64,000 nucleotides of DNA from Eledone cirrhosa (Eukaryota). Made by a program: the position numbers and the translations under genes. The stretch covers positions 125,116,001 to 125,180,000 of the forward strand of contig OZ024742.1 of assembly GCA_964016885.1 (NCBI GenBank), given 5' to 3'. A model generated the notes under the pieces. The model had not been told where the DNA came from, ran no database searches, and saw only the letters and a list, made by a program, of their open reading frames with translations. Every line of letters begins with the position of its first letter. Within the stretch, counting starts at the first letter, position 1. Positions 14,105-27,038 of the stretch are shown piece by piece.

Positions 14105-14221
14105 ATAAGTTGAAATAAAATGAAAACGAAATTTCATTTCTCACTCTTAGTATGGCACTTACTTAAATGTAAGTATGTATGTATACGTACATACATATAT
14201 GTATACAGACGTACAGTAGCA

Positions 14222-14273
<52 letters not shown>

Positions 14274-14288
14274 TATATATATATATAT

Positions 14289-14349
<61 letters not shown>

Positions 14350-15160
14350 TATATATATATACATACAGGTACACATACATATATGCACGCATCAGTTTAG
14401 CGGACGCTTATTATAACGCCGCTTTTGGTCGTTTGTAAACAAACTGAACACCTTGCATTTATGACGTGGTTGCCTTAACACTGTATGGCATAAATTCAGG
14501 CTGTTCAGTTTGTTTACAAACGAACAAAGCGGCGTTATAATAAGCGTCCGCTAAACTGATGCGTGCATATATGTATGTGTACCTGTATGTATATATATAT
14601 ATATGTGTATATATATATATATATGCATGCTACTGTACGTCTGTATACATATATGTATGTACGTATACATACATACATACATTTAAGTAAGTGCCATACT
14701 AAGAGTGAGAAATGAAATTTCGTTTTCATTTTATTTCAACTTATCGTTTTCGGTATGCCTGACCGATTTAACTCACTCAATATGCAAATTAGGCTGCTCA
14801 GCCGTTAATTTTCATAAGGAAAGTATATACTTTCGAACGTTCAACTATCTGGCAGATGGGTATACGGTGCTGATGATAGCTAACAAGCTTGAAACTAGTA
14901 CATCGTTCCTGTGTCAGTGTTGAACAAAAAGGTGACGTGGTTGCCTTAACACCGTATGGCATAAATTATACTGTTCAGTTTGTTTACAAACGAACAAAGC
15001 GGCGTTATAATAAGCGTCCGCTAAACTGATGCGTCCATATATGTATGTGTACTTGTATGTATATATATATATATGTGTGTATATATATATATATATATGC
15101 ATGCTACTGTACGTCAGTATACATATATGTATGTACGTATACATACATACTTACATTTAA
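14105..15160. mobile_element. Family F subfamily in nested inverted/direct arrangement
   Basis: ~14105-14450 is inverted against ~14503-14740, with a repeat at ~14930-15160. Confidence 0.75.
14865..14905 (+). ncRNA. Type I hammerhead (family F variant)
   Basis: cggtg-CTGATGA-tagctaacaagctt-GAAA-ctag-TA-catcg. Stem I covaries relative to 12460. Confidence 0.85.
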
Positions 15161-15349
15161 GAATATATATGTATATATATATATACACATATATATTTTT
15201 TCAATCAATCCAGGGCCTTTTTTCACCTTCCCTGAGGAACCCTTCCCTGATTGATCTCCAACGTTTTCTGTTTTGGTCATGTCAACGGTGTAGCCGTACT
15301 CATAACACTTAGTCAATTTCGGGTTGGTCAGACTAATTAACCCATAGCT

Positions 15350-15492
15350 GGGTAAACTCATTTCTAGAGCTGATTGAACTGGAGCAATGTGAAATAAAGT
15401 GTTTTGCTGAAGTACACAATGCCCAGTCCACGAATCGTACTCACAACCTGAGGATTTTAACGTTCACGATCTAACGACTATGCCATGCGCCT
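15350..15492 (-). mobile_element. Second tRNA-derived SINE family (CORE/V-like), decayed
   Basis: Minus strand begins ggcgcatggcatagtcgttag and includes aaacactttatttcacattgctccagt. Confidence 0.6.
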
Positions 15493-15854
15493 TCTCTCTC
15501 ACACATAAATATATAATAGTATAGTGAAAACCGAAATGAGCATGTGTTTATCCTGGGAGCATGATCCTCCTAAAGTATAACAATATATATATAATTTATT
15601 ATGACCAAAAGCGCTACCCAATTCGTATAAGCGCCTGGAGATAGATCGCGATCTTGTGCAAGTGTGGTCAATTTTGGGCCTTGAAACGCTTTTGTTCCGT
15701 GTATGAGCATTAATAAATAGTATATCATATCTGCTCTCTTCCCACTTCAGCATTGTTTTCTTTATTTCTTTTTAACACCTTAGCATGTTACTTCAGACAG
15801 ATTCGCGTGGGTGTACATTATATATACATATTCATATATACATATATACATATA

Positions 15855-16043
15855 GGGCGTTGGATTGGCAGTATCGGTAGAGGATGGGACGCCATGCTTT
15901 CCAGCATAGTTACGTCCCCTTACGATCTGAGTTCAAATCCCGCCGAGGTTTACTTTGCCTTTCATCCTTACGGGGGTCGATAAAATAAAGTACCAGTAAT
16001 GCACTGGGTAATTGCTGGCCTTGTGCCTAAAGTAGAAACAATT
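15855..16043 (+). mobile_element. Full-length SINE
   Basis: A-box-like head, B-box gagttcaaatcccg, core and tail. Confidence 0.9.
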
Positions 16044-16145
16044 ATATATACATATTCTAACAATTGTTTTTTAAATAAATGTTTTCTGTTATTCTATGAG
16101 AAAATTCTATTAGCATTTTCTAATGTTTTCTTATTTTCCTAATAT

Positions 16146-16251
<106 letters not shown>

Positions 16252-16481
16252 GTATATATATATTCAACCTGATTGTTCTCAACCTGATTAGTTCTATCGT
16301 TACTTTGGTATATATTGTGTGTTAGATTCGCCTACACCAATGTTCGATTTGTCAAGCTATTTAAACGTATGTTATTACTCTAAGGCCCTAACTTATCGAG
16401 TGCTTTGCTAACTCATCATTTCATATAAGTAGGTCGAATTTACTTGCAAACCGCCAGAGATTCGATTTTACTATTTTCCTA

Positions 16482-16575
<94 letters not shown>

Positions 16576-17069
16576 ATACTTTTATACACAAATGCACTCT
16601 CAATTGTTAATTATCCTGCAACAAATATAGGAGTGCCCAAATTTGTGTTAATTGTTTATTGTTTTTCATTTGAAACGATGGACAAAGTTATTCAATGTAT
16701 GATAAAATTATCTGAAATAATTTTGTGAAATGAAATATTGGTTTGTCCCCGGCGGACATAAAAGTGGAGGTCGGTACATATTTTCAATATTGACTGCAAT
16801 TCAACAATTGAGCGAGAGTATTTTGTTAGTTTTTCAACTCAATTCTAGAATGCATCATATATATATATAAATATATTTGATATTTTGTCAATATTATATA
16901 AAGTCTGATTTTTTTAAACAATGGCCACATTTTCATTTGTGTCTACATTATGCATTTATGAATAAAACATGATAAACTCCCAACAGTATTTAGTTCAATC
17001 CATTAAAAACAACATATCATATTTTCACCATATTTTGATATTTCTCTCCACCATTCAGTACGTGTTATA

Positions 17070-17690
17070 AGTAATAACCATTTGAATCCATCCAAGTGTT
17101 GAGGTACATGGTCAGGTTTAGCATATATTCGTTACAAATAGACTCTGGGATGGCGCTGACATCCTCCTTGGAGGTTTCCCTTAGTTTAATTATGTGTCTT
17201 GGTTTGTTGACATCTACGCTACCATTCAGATAGAATCAAAGAGAGAAATCTGGTGTGCTTAAACCAGGGCTGTGAAGCCAACTGATCACAGAATTTCCAA
17301 ATTATTTTTCAGCTATTCTTGCAACTCATTGTATATTCGAGGGCTTACTTCTTCTTGAGGGAAGCAGAACTTATTCATTAGAGATTGATACATGGTCATT
17401 ATCTCCATGTTGAAGGCTTCCACACAGAGTTCCTTTGTGGCTGCAACAGTGACACCATTTTCTTCGACGAAGAATGGGCTAATTAATCCTTTCTCAGTAG
17501 TCGACAAGTTATATTTGGTGGCATAGTGTTTTCACAGACAATTCAGTAATTTTTTCTGACCCCCCAGAACATCTTCATAGAGTTGATTTTTCGCTCTAAA
17601 TGAAAGTGGGCTTCATCAGAAGTCCATATTAAAATTAAAAACTTCTCGTCCCCACAAACTGCTGGATTTAAGCATCAATTAGAAATCAGT
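17070..17690 (-). mobile_element. Decayed Tc1/mariner-type DNA transposase remnant
   Basis: Frameshifted motifs WTSDEAHFHL, GLISPFFVEE and HSPGLSTPDF (typical SPDL.P.DF). Confidence 0.7.
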
Positions 17691-18021
17691 TATTTTCTAA
17701 GCAAAAAAGAAGTATAGTTAAGTAACACAAAATAATGTGGAGTAGCAAATATATGTAGAGCTCTGTTATTTTGGCTCTTTGAAATACATCTTGCAAGCTA
17801 GTGTAATGCGTTATGATACAGCGTGTTGCATCTTTTTTCAGAAATACACCACACAAGTAATCATAACATGTATATTGTAGGAATCTTAAAGAATTCAATC
17901 CATAGGTTTAGTGACTTTGTGGGATCTATGGTTTCGCATCTGATTATATAAATTAAATGCTACGTTGCCAATTTACCTCATCCGAGTATCTTAAGATGTG
18001 AAGCGTTCTTCAAACCAATCT

Positions 18022-18343
18022 CATCATCATCAGGTAGAGCTTGTCCGGCTTTCTACGACACGTTTCCTCCATCCATCTCTGTCTCTCATAGCGTTTGCCA
18101 GTTCTTCCGCAGTGCATCCAGTATCGTCCTCAAGTTGCTTGACGTATGTCTTCTTGGGACGACCAGCGTTTCTTGCTCCATGAGATGGACTCCATAACAA
18201 CACATCACCTGCTATTTCTTCCTTGCTGCGCCAACAGTGGCCAGCAAATCTGAGTCTCTGTCCACGTATTGACCTGCTGATAGGTGGTATATTGCCATAG
18301 AGATCCTTATGCGTTGGGCGTTCCCGCCAAGACAAGTTTAAAG
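18022..18343 (-). mobile_element. RTE-clade LINE 3' fragment
   Basis: SWRERPTHKDLYG..RLRFAGHCWR..LLWSP..GRPKKTYVKQL..MRDRDGWR. Confidence 0.85.
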
Positions 18344-18839
18344 CATAATTGTTTTATTTCTTTAAGCTCCACTTCGCTATCACATGTAATTCTTCGGGCA
18401 TGAAATGGATTTTTGTAAAGCTCATCACTCTTCATCCGCGCTAATCATTTGAAAGGTGGTTTATAGGTTACTGGCAGAGGCAGTATGCTATTATACATAC
18501 TGAAGCCATCTCTTGTATTTTGATCGTACCCTCTCAGTACGAATTAATTCTGAGGGCTTTGCTTTTTGTGGCTGCACATTATGTAACACCACTAAAATGA
18601 TGGATATTGGTTACACCAGGAAATTTCGAGTTTGTGAAATTGCTTAGCGCAAGAGAGAAGCTATATCAAATGTTTCCCCGAGATGCTGTTTAATAGCTAT
18701 TCAAATCAGATATTATCATATAAGTAAAGATGGAGCCTATATATAGTATTTCCACATTTTAGAATCATTTGATATATACCCTGACAAGTACAACATATTT
18801 AATAGCCTGAAGTTGTTGCCGTCCTAAATCAATACATCT

Positions 18840-19040
18840 CAATAATGGTTTCTGATTAGGAAGAATGCCAACAATTTTGGAGGAGGAGAAAGACGATCGA
18901 ATCGACCCCAGTGGGTAACTGGTACTTTATTTTATTTACCCATAAGAAGAAAGGCAAAGGTAACCTCGGCGGGATTTCAACTCAGAACGTTAAGGACCGG
19001 CCTCTATGCTGCAAAGCATGTTTACCGCCGATCTATAGAT
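18840..19040 (-). mobile_element. SINE
   Basis: Core and B-box motifs. Confidence 0.8.
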
Positions 19041-19664
19041 ATTGAGCTGTATTTTCTCTTCTTCACGCTGAATTAATTCTTGATACAGAATTTGCTTTGT
19101 TAAGGATGTGAAATCGCCAAGAGAGATCATCAGTTTCTGTAAATCCTAGGATTTGTTGTGACGTCAGAATTCTTACTGCGTGTAATTTATGTTTAAGAAT
19201 GCTGGAATAAATTTTGTTTAACCCGTATATGAAGTGATTGTGTCGTGCACTGATAGAGGAGACCTGTTTGGAATGATACCAGGAGATTATTTTTTAGGTC
19301 CATCTTCAAGGAGCAATCGCAGATTTAGCATAAAGTAATTTGTTGAGTGTGGATGACACTTTGCAATTGAATGTTGTTGACAACTGTATAGTATTTGTTG
19401 CTGTTAAAGATGAGGGCACGTAGATTGCTGTCTGTTGAGTAAAAAGTGTGTACGTAGGAAGAATTTAAAGAGTATTAGAATTAAATGTTGGTGAGTCCGC
19501 GAGCACCCTATCAGAATACTTTTCAAATGCAGTGGTCTGCCAGGTATCTTTCGATATGATCAATAAGGGAGCTTTGAAATTCTGGCAATTTATCTTTGTA
19601 TTTTACCTTTAATATTTTTAAACACCGTTGGTAAATAAGGGTAAACATCATTAAACACTATAGG

Positions 19665-19885
19665 GTGTGGAGGATTGACAGTATAGGTAGAGCGTCGGCG
19701 ACCATGCTCCGTGGCATAAAGTTACGACCCTTTACGTTCTGAGTTCAAATCGCACCGAGGTTAGCTTTGCCTTTTATCTATAAGGGGTCGATGAATAAAA
19801 CACCAGTAATGCACTGGGGTCGATTTAATCGACTTTGTCCTACCTTTCAAATTGCTGGTCTTGTGCCTAAAGTAGAAGCAATTAT
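19665..19885 (+). mobile_element. SINE (long subfamily with gtcgatttaatcgac hairpin)
   Basis: Head, B-box, core and tail. Confidence 0.85.
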
Positions 19886-22800
19886 TAAAACACTATCAAG
19901 TAATTTAATTCGTTTTTTTTTTTCTATGTAAATTTGAAAGCTATTCTTGGTGCATATTTGTAAGAATCATAGTCATTGTAAAATCATTTACGTTATCACC
20001 CGCCCTCTTAGAACTACCGGTCAAATATCCCTCGTGTTACAGCCCTCCTTTCTGAAAACGCAAGGATGCAGTTGACAACGTATATCTTCAATGTGTAGCT
20101 GAAGTCTAGTAGCAGCGAAGACAAAAATTGTTGTCGACATTCAAATATGGCATTTCCTGACAGTAATGAAGCAATATTGATATTTTTCTGTCATGTTTTT
20201 ATTGCTTTACAACACCTGCAACGATGATTCAGAATTTCGGAACATTCCATAAAGATTCGGTAAATTTACATTTATTAGGACTGTCTTAGATCTATGACAG
20301 CAGTTCTAGCAAGCTGAAGAGTTCCTCTTATATAAACGCATTTGGCTACATTAAACAGATTATGCATTTGATTCGCTGGTGAATCATAGCTGGATGCCAA
20401 TAGGAGGATAATATATTTATTTGTTAAATTATCGCTTACATCGTATGCACTCTGCTGGGATATATAATTTCAAAATTGATATATAAATCAGTGACAGTTT
20501 GGAATAATTATTGGCGTTGAGTTAATCTGATAGAAGTGGTACCTGCGATGTGTCCACTATATTCTAAGCATAAATGTTACAGACACTTAAACCATTAAAC
20601 TATCTAGATATGCGTTTGGGTTTTTCAAGCAAATTTAATTTAACTAGACTGACCTCATGGCTATGAAAATTGAAAAGAGAGTTTGATGTTGTGAAATCAT
20701 TAAATCTACTCCTGTAATCGAATCCCAACGCGTCTGATCTTTGATTAACAACTAGTATAAAGTCACTTTAGGGCAATAGATTAAACTTAATTTCTCTTTA
20801 TGTAAACTTATAATGATGAAAAGTATCGCACTTCCTATATTCCATTGAGTTTTGCTTCCGGTAATTCTCTATATAATATATGGAATATACTAAATATCAT
20901 ATCTTTAAACATTCTAGTTGCAATCAATAACATCGTTTTATTTCAGAATAATTAAACCAGCGCGCATGTTCGCTTTTATACTTCACTCTCCGATGCATTA
21001 CTAACTATCTCTAAGAAATTTATATGACCTTATATAACGTAAATTGGTAGAACCACAAATATCAGAGCTCTTCATATTATTTAGATTACTCTCACTATAT
21101 GCTAATTTTCTCTCAATGGTCATGCAACGATGTAGTTATTTTGTCACTAAAATACAGAACAGACATAGAATATAGTGCAACTAACCATATGCGTACATTT
21201 TAAATGCTTGATTTTGAGATAGGTTAGGGAAAAATATTATATCAATATTTTAATCTATATGATTTCTAAATGTTTATTATATTTTAAACTTATTTTCTTT
21301 ATTCTTTGTATGATCCAGTTGCTCTTTAAAGGATGACAGTTTAAGGTTAGGAAGTTGGTGATCTGCAACAAGACGTGTAGCATGTAATACTATCTTATTG
21401 TGAGTAGGGAGCCTGTCTCCAACTACATCATTCCACTGTTAATGTCATCATCCTGTGAATCTGCACCTCGAGCCTCTGCTCTCAGGTCCGTTGGACCAGC
21501 TGACCATGGAACATTTTTATCAGGCAACAAAATCAAATGTTTAATGCTTTCGCTTCTAATCCGTCCCCTCTGGTTTTATCACCTACTGGCTAGGAATATC
21601 TACTCTCGCAGTTTGTGAGATTTCGCACTAGGATTTTGTTCATCGGTTAGGTCAGACACAGGTAGGTGTGAGTGGAGAGGGACATTGATTTGTTGCTGTC
21701 TGGGCGCATCTCTATTTCAGTGTCCTCTCTCGCCCCCTATCGTTAGCAATTCATTCCTCAAATATGTGAATCCTGTGGTTGCCTTGAACAAGTAGCGGTG
21801 GATTATAATATCTACCCAGTGTTTCATTACTACATCCTAATGACGTAATCTCTGTTCTGAGATTTCGTCAATACTGTTCACAGTTGAATGTCTTTGTAGC
21901 GCTACCTTGCTTTCATTAAGAAAATAATATGTCTTCAGAGATTCCTCTGTGCAGCTAAGCTGGAGGCATTGGTAAAGTTATCCATGCAGCATTGACAATA
22001 CGGTACTGAAGGAAAAGCATACGCAGTTCTGCTGACCGGATATAGGGATATTTCTATACAAACATTCAAGCCCATGGCCATCGTCCTTTTATTTTCCTGA
22101 GAAATCATTTTAACACATGCAATATCATGTAAAAGTGTACGATCTTGTTTTTGTTATAATACTTTTTTATTTTTGAAATTCACACGTACCGTAGTCAAAT
22201 TTCATTTTACGTTTTGCTCTACATTAACAATAACGCAGACATTTAAACATGTTGGATGACACTGCCATCGTATGCTTTTGGTTTACATTAACTGTATAGC
22301 TCTCTCATAATTTTAGCTAAATAATACGGTATTGTATTTTATCAATCTAATATGCGATAACAGATTATCACAATATTCATTCGAGCCGTTTACTCTGTGG
22401 CAGTGTTTCTAACTTGTATCAATGAATATAAAGTTTCAAAAATGCGAATTGACATAATCATTATAATGTCTAATAAAGCGCTTTGCAGTAATCTTCAAGT
22501 AAACTTGATGGCACGCCTTCGACTGCATAAGAATGTTTAGGGTCATCCATTTATACGTGCAAAACACAGCCATGCATACATATATATATACAAACATGCA
22601 TGTTCCTGTAAATCCTGAGTGATTCGTTTGAAATGCAAAGCTTGCCTCGAGGGGATTTGCACTCAGAGAACAGAGAGCTGAAACGAATATCACAATGTAT
22701 TTTCTCCGACGTTCTAATGTCTCTACAAATTTGCCGCTAACATACATCCATACATACAACTAAGACAGAATTTTGTGAGAAAAACAAAAACCAGGAGACT

Positions 22801-24049
22801 CTCTCATTTCGCAAAATACGTTAAATGGAGTGGTTTTTCTACCTAATACGAGATCATGGTACATTAACTTTAGCACATAAGTCCATCCCAGGACAAAAGG
22901 GAGAAAGGAATATCAAGTGTATAGTCAACCAGTCAAAACGAATGAATAAGGAGGAAGATGGCGGAAAACACGAGCGTAAAATATTAACGATTAAAATTGA
23001 AAGTGATATCACATATGTGGCCTTCCCTAGATATTAATTTTAAATTACTGATATAAACTTAAGATATTGACGGTTGCAAGATGATGAATTTAGAACGAAC
23101 TCAAAAAAGAACCTTTGAACAACAATTGAAGTTGCACATAGTAAACATTTCGAGGCAGTCGCTTTAGTATTCATATAGAGTATATATTGAATGATACGTA
23201 ACTTTATTCGGTAAGTAAAATATTAAGGCGATCGCGAAATAAATGTAAAATTGTTTGCAGAACTTACAGATGAATGGGAGTATATTACTGTCAAATATCC
23301 AATTTTTTAATAGAATGTTGATATAGAACACATAACTGCTACTAGACTCGTAAGAGCAGCATAATGACATACGGCACTAAAGAAAAGAGAGAGATAGAAA
23401 GCAATGCAAATAATATATTGTACTCTGATGAAATGAAGGCAGTATTGCCTAAAGTAAAACACTTAATAAAATATTAATAAATCCTTAAAAACCCTTTGGC
23501 GATAGCTCATGATTACGCCTATCTTTTCAGATTAGTTACCGACTTATCAGTGCGATATTTGATATCATATATAAAAATGCATTCAAAAAGCATATGAAAA
23601 CTCTTTTCGCCAAAAAATTCCACTATAAAATGTTAAATATATCCTAATCTTACCATAATGTTATCAAGAGAAAATGCTTCAATATTTCTGTTTAAATTAT
23701 CTAGCAGATACATACAGGGAAAGTGATGTTGATGACGGTTAAATGGAAGCGTATAGCACTAATATAAAAATTAAGATAAAATATACATGGTGGGAAATAA
23801 AGTGGTATGAGTAACAGATAGTTATGAAGTTATATATAGTAATACATGTAATAACTTATCTATAGCATGGGGTTGTATGGTCCTGTATCTCATGAGGAGT
23901 CGTAGGGGTACAGTAGCGGTATACGGTGTTTCTAGGGGACAAGTCTGACGGAGCACATCCCTTCCATGTTTGAACGTTGCAGATTCCCTCCAGAGAATGA
24001 TAGAACGTGGAAGAGAGGGAGTGAGAAAGGGATATAGAGAAAGAATCAA

Positions 24050-24901
24050 TCCCAGTATTAGTCGGGTGCTTTTTTGTATTGACCTCGAAATGATGAAAAG
24101 CAAAGTCGACTTTGCTGGGATTGGAACTTAAAGAGCAGAGTTGAAACGAATGCCGCAAAGCACTCTATCCGACCTTCTAATGACTCTGTTAATTCGCGGC
24201 ACCATTGATATAAATGAGATATTGTTGATTAGATATTAGATGAGTAAATGTTATTATATATAATTGTGTATATATTCATTTTAAATTGTAATAACATGTA
24301 ATGTGAAAAGTGTTTGTACCAACATAACTATAATAATTGTTTCTTCTATTGGCACAAGGCCAGCAATTTTCCCAGTACATTACTGGTACTTTATTTTATC
24401 GACCCCGTAAGGAGGAAAGGCAAAGTGAACCTCGGCGGAATTTGAATTCACATTATAAAGGGGTGTAACTCTATGCTGCAAAGCATGGCGTCGGACCTTC
24501 TGCTGATACTGCCAAAACCATAAAAATTGTTTCTACTTTTGGCACAAGACCAGCAATACCCAGTGCATTACTGGTACTTCATTTTATCGACCCCGTAAGG
24601 ATGAAAGGCAAAGTTAACCTCAGCTGGATTTGAATTCAGATCATAAAGGGCCGTAACTCTATGCTGCAAAGCATATAAATAACACTATAATAATGATCGA
24701 TCATTATATTGATTTGGGCGGTGAATTGGCAGTATTGGTAGCGGGTCAGACACGCTTTCCAGCGTAGTTACGTCCCTTTACGCTCAGAGTTCAAATCCCG
24801 CTGAGGTTAACTTTGCCTTTCATCCTTACAGGGTCGATAAAATAAAGTACCAGTTATGTACTGGGTAATTGCTGGCCTTGTGCCAAAAGTAGAAACAATT
24901 A
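24050..24901. mobile_element. SINE cluster (- copies ~24050-24205, 24333-24518, 24525-24675; + copy 24716-24901)
   Basis: Core and tail motifs. Confidence 0.85.
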
Positions 24902-25388
24902 TATTGATTTGGATTCTATATGAAATTCCTTTATCTATAATACCAATGTTGCAAAGTCTTATTTTACAAACATATATTTTCTTAGGTATTATTGCAGCGT
25001 TTGTAACATATTTATAACGATTTATACGAATTCTTTTCTTTCAAAAGGTTATCTAATTTGAGCTTTCATTGCTATTAGGTTTCTAAAGTTATTTATGATT
25101 TCATATTATAAACACGATCCAACGTGTGCGAAATTATACACAATTGAAATTTAAATGTATGTTTATACCATGAGATCTACATTGCACAAAGGTACATCCT
25201 CCTTAGATTTATTCTCAAAATAAATTCTGCAGAGTATATCTAAATAAATAGAAAAAATAATAATTGTAATTGTTCACCGAGCACTGTGTAAAGTGTGCCT
25301 ACTTTATGTGGAAATATTCAACGACGACATGCTAAAGATTGTTCCTCCAAAGGGTAATAGATTTTACGTCTTATAATGTATAGTTAAA

Positions 25389-25520
25389 TAATTGTTTCTA
25401 CTTTTGGCACAAGGCCAGCAATTATCCCAGAGCATTACTGGTACATTATTTTATCGACCTCGTAAGGATGATGGGCAAAGTTAACCTCGACGGGATTTGA
25501 ACTCAGAACGTAACGGGCCA
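25389..25520 (-). mobile_element. 5'-truncated SINE
   Basis: Tail, core and B-box. Confidence 0.85.
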
Positions 25521-26049
25521 TATGGTTACGTTAAACAAGATCTACTTTAATTCATACAGCTTTGATCAACTCGATATTATAATAGACTATTCATCAACAA
25601 TATACCCAATATTTGAATCGAATACGCCAATAAGGAGTTCTTAACTGAAATTTGCATGCAAATACTGTCCTGTCAGACTTCAGTTTGCCTTCCAACATGG
25701 ATGATGAGTTATTTAACACTAAAATGCATTATTTAACAATTATTGCCAAAATTATATGAATCACGTTAACATACGACATCACTTGATTAGTAAGCGTATC
25801 GTAATCTGGATAAAATAAGCACCCAGATCGCATCGCTCTTAAGGTATTATCTGAAAAAATTATGAAACGTCAGCTCTCAATTGGGAATATTACTACTCTC
25901 CAAATGTATTAACATAATGAACAAAACACATCGCACAGTATAGTACAAATGCATATATTTTTATGTATTTACTTGATTGTACTTGTTTCATAAAATACGC
26001 CTCCACTAGGAAACATCGTCAATTATTTCCCCAAATTCCCATTAATATT

Positions 26050-27038
26050 TCTAACAAATAATTGTTTCTACTTTTAGGCACAAGGCCAGCAAATACTCAG
26101 TGCATTACTGGTACTTTATTTTATCGACCCCGTAAGGATGAAAGGCAAAGTCAACCTCGGCGGGATTTGAACTCAGATCGTAAAGGGACGTAACTATGCT
26201 GGAAAGCATGGCGTCCGACCCTCTACCGATACTGCCAATCCACCGCGCTTTCTAACAAATAATTGTTTCTACTATTGGCACAAGGCCAGCAATAAGCCAG
26301 TACATTACTGGTACTTTATTTTATCGACCGCGTTAGGATGAAAGGCAAAATTAACCTCGGCGGGATTTGAACTCAGAATGGCAAGGACCGTTCTAACAAA
26401 TAATTGTTTCTACTTTAGGCACAAGGCCAGCAATTACCCGGTGCATTACTGGTACTTTATTTTATCGACCCCGTAAGGATGAAAGGCAAAGTCAACCTCG
26501 GTGGGATTTGAACTCAGATCGTAAAGGGACGTAACTATGCTGGAAAGCATGGCGTCCGACCCTCTACCGATACTGCCAATCCACCGTTCTAACAAATAAT
26601 GGTTTCTGATTTGGGTCAAGGGATATGTGATTTAATCGACACCAGTTTGTTACTGGTACCTATTTTTTCTGCACCGTAAGATTGAAAGACAACGATAACC
26701 TCGGTGAGATTTCAACTCAGAACGTAAAGAACCGTAACTAAATACTGCAAAGCACGTTGTCCGACCTCCTACCGACATTGCCAATCAACCACCGACGTGT
26801 CTAACAAATAAATTATGATTTCTAGTATAGGCCAGTAATTTAGGGGGAGGCGCAAGTCGATTAAATCGACCCAGTACGTTACTGGTGCTTTATTTTATCG
26901 ACCCCGTAACGATGAAAGGCAAAGTTAACCTCGGTTTGGACTCAGACCGTAAAGGACAGTAACTATATGTTGGAAACCATGGTGTCAGACTCTCTACCGA
27001 TACTGCCAATCAACCCACGTCGTGTCTAACAAATAAAT
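26050..27038 (-). mobile_element. Array of five tandem SINEs separated by tctaacaaataa
   Basis: The motif recurs near 26050, 26250, 26392, 26588, 26800 and 27025, with a SINE between each pair. Confidence 0.9.

Noticed and set aside
15855-15950. tRNA genes
   Set aside because: The A/B boxes belong to SINE heads, with no complete cloverleaf.
26050-27038. Repeat-spacer pattern resembling a CRISPR array
   Set aside because: The spacers are homologous SINEs of 140-220 bp. The context is eukaryotic and there are no cas genes.
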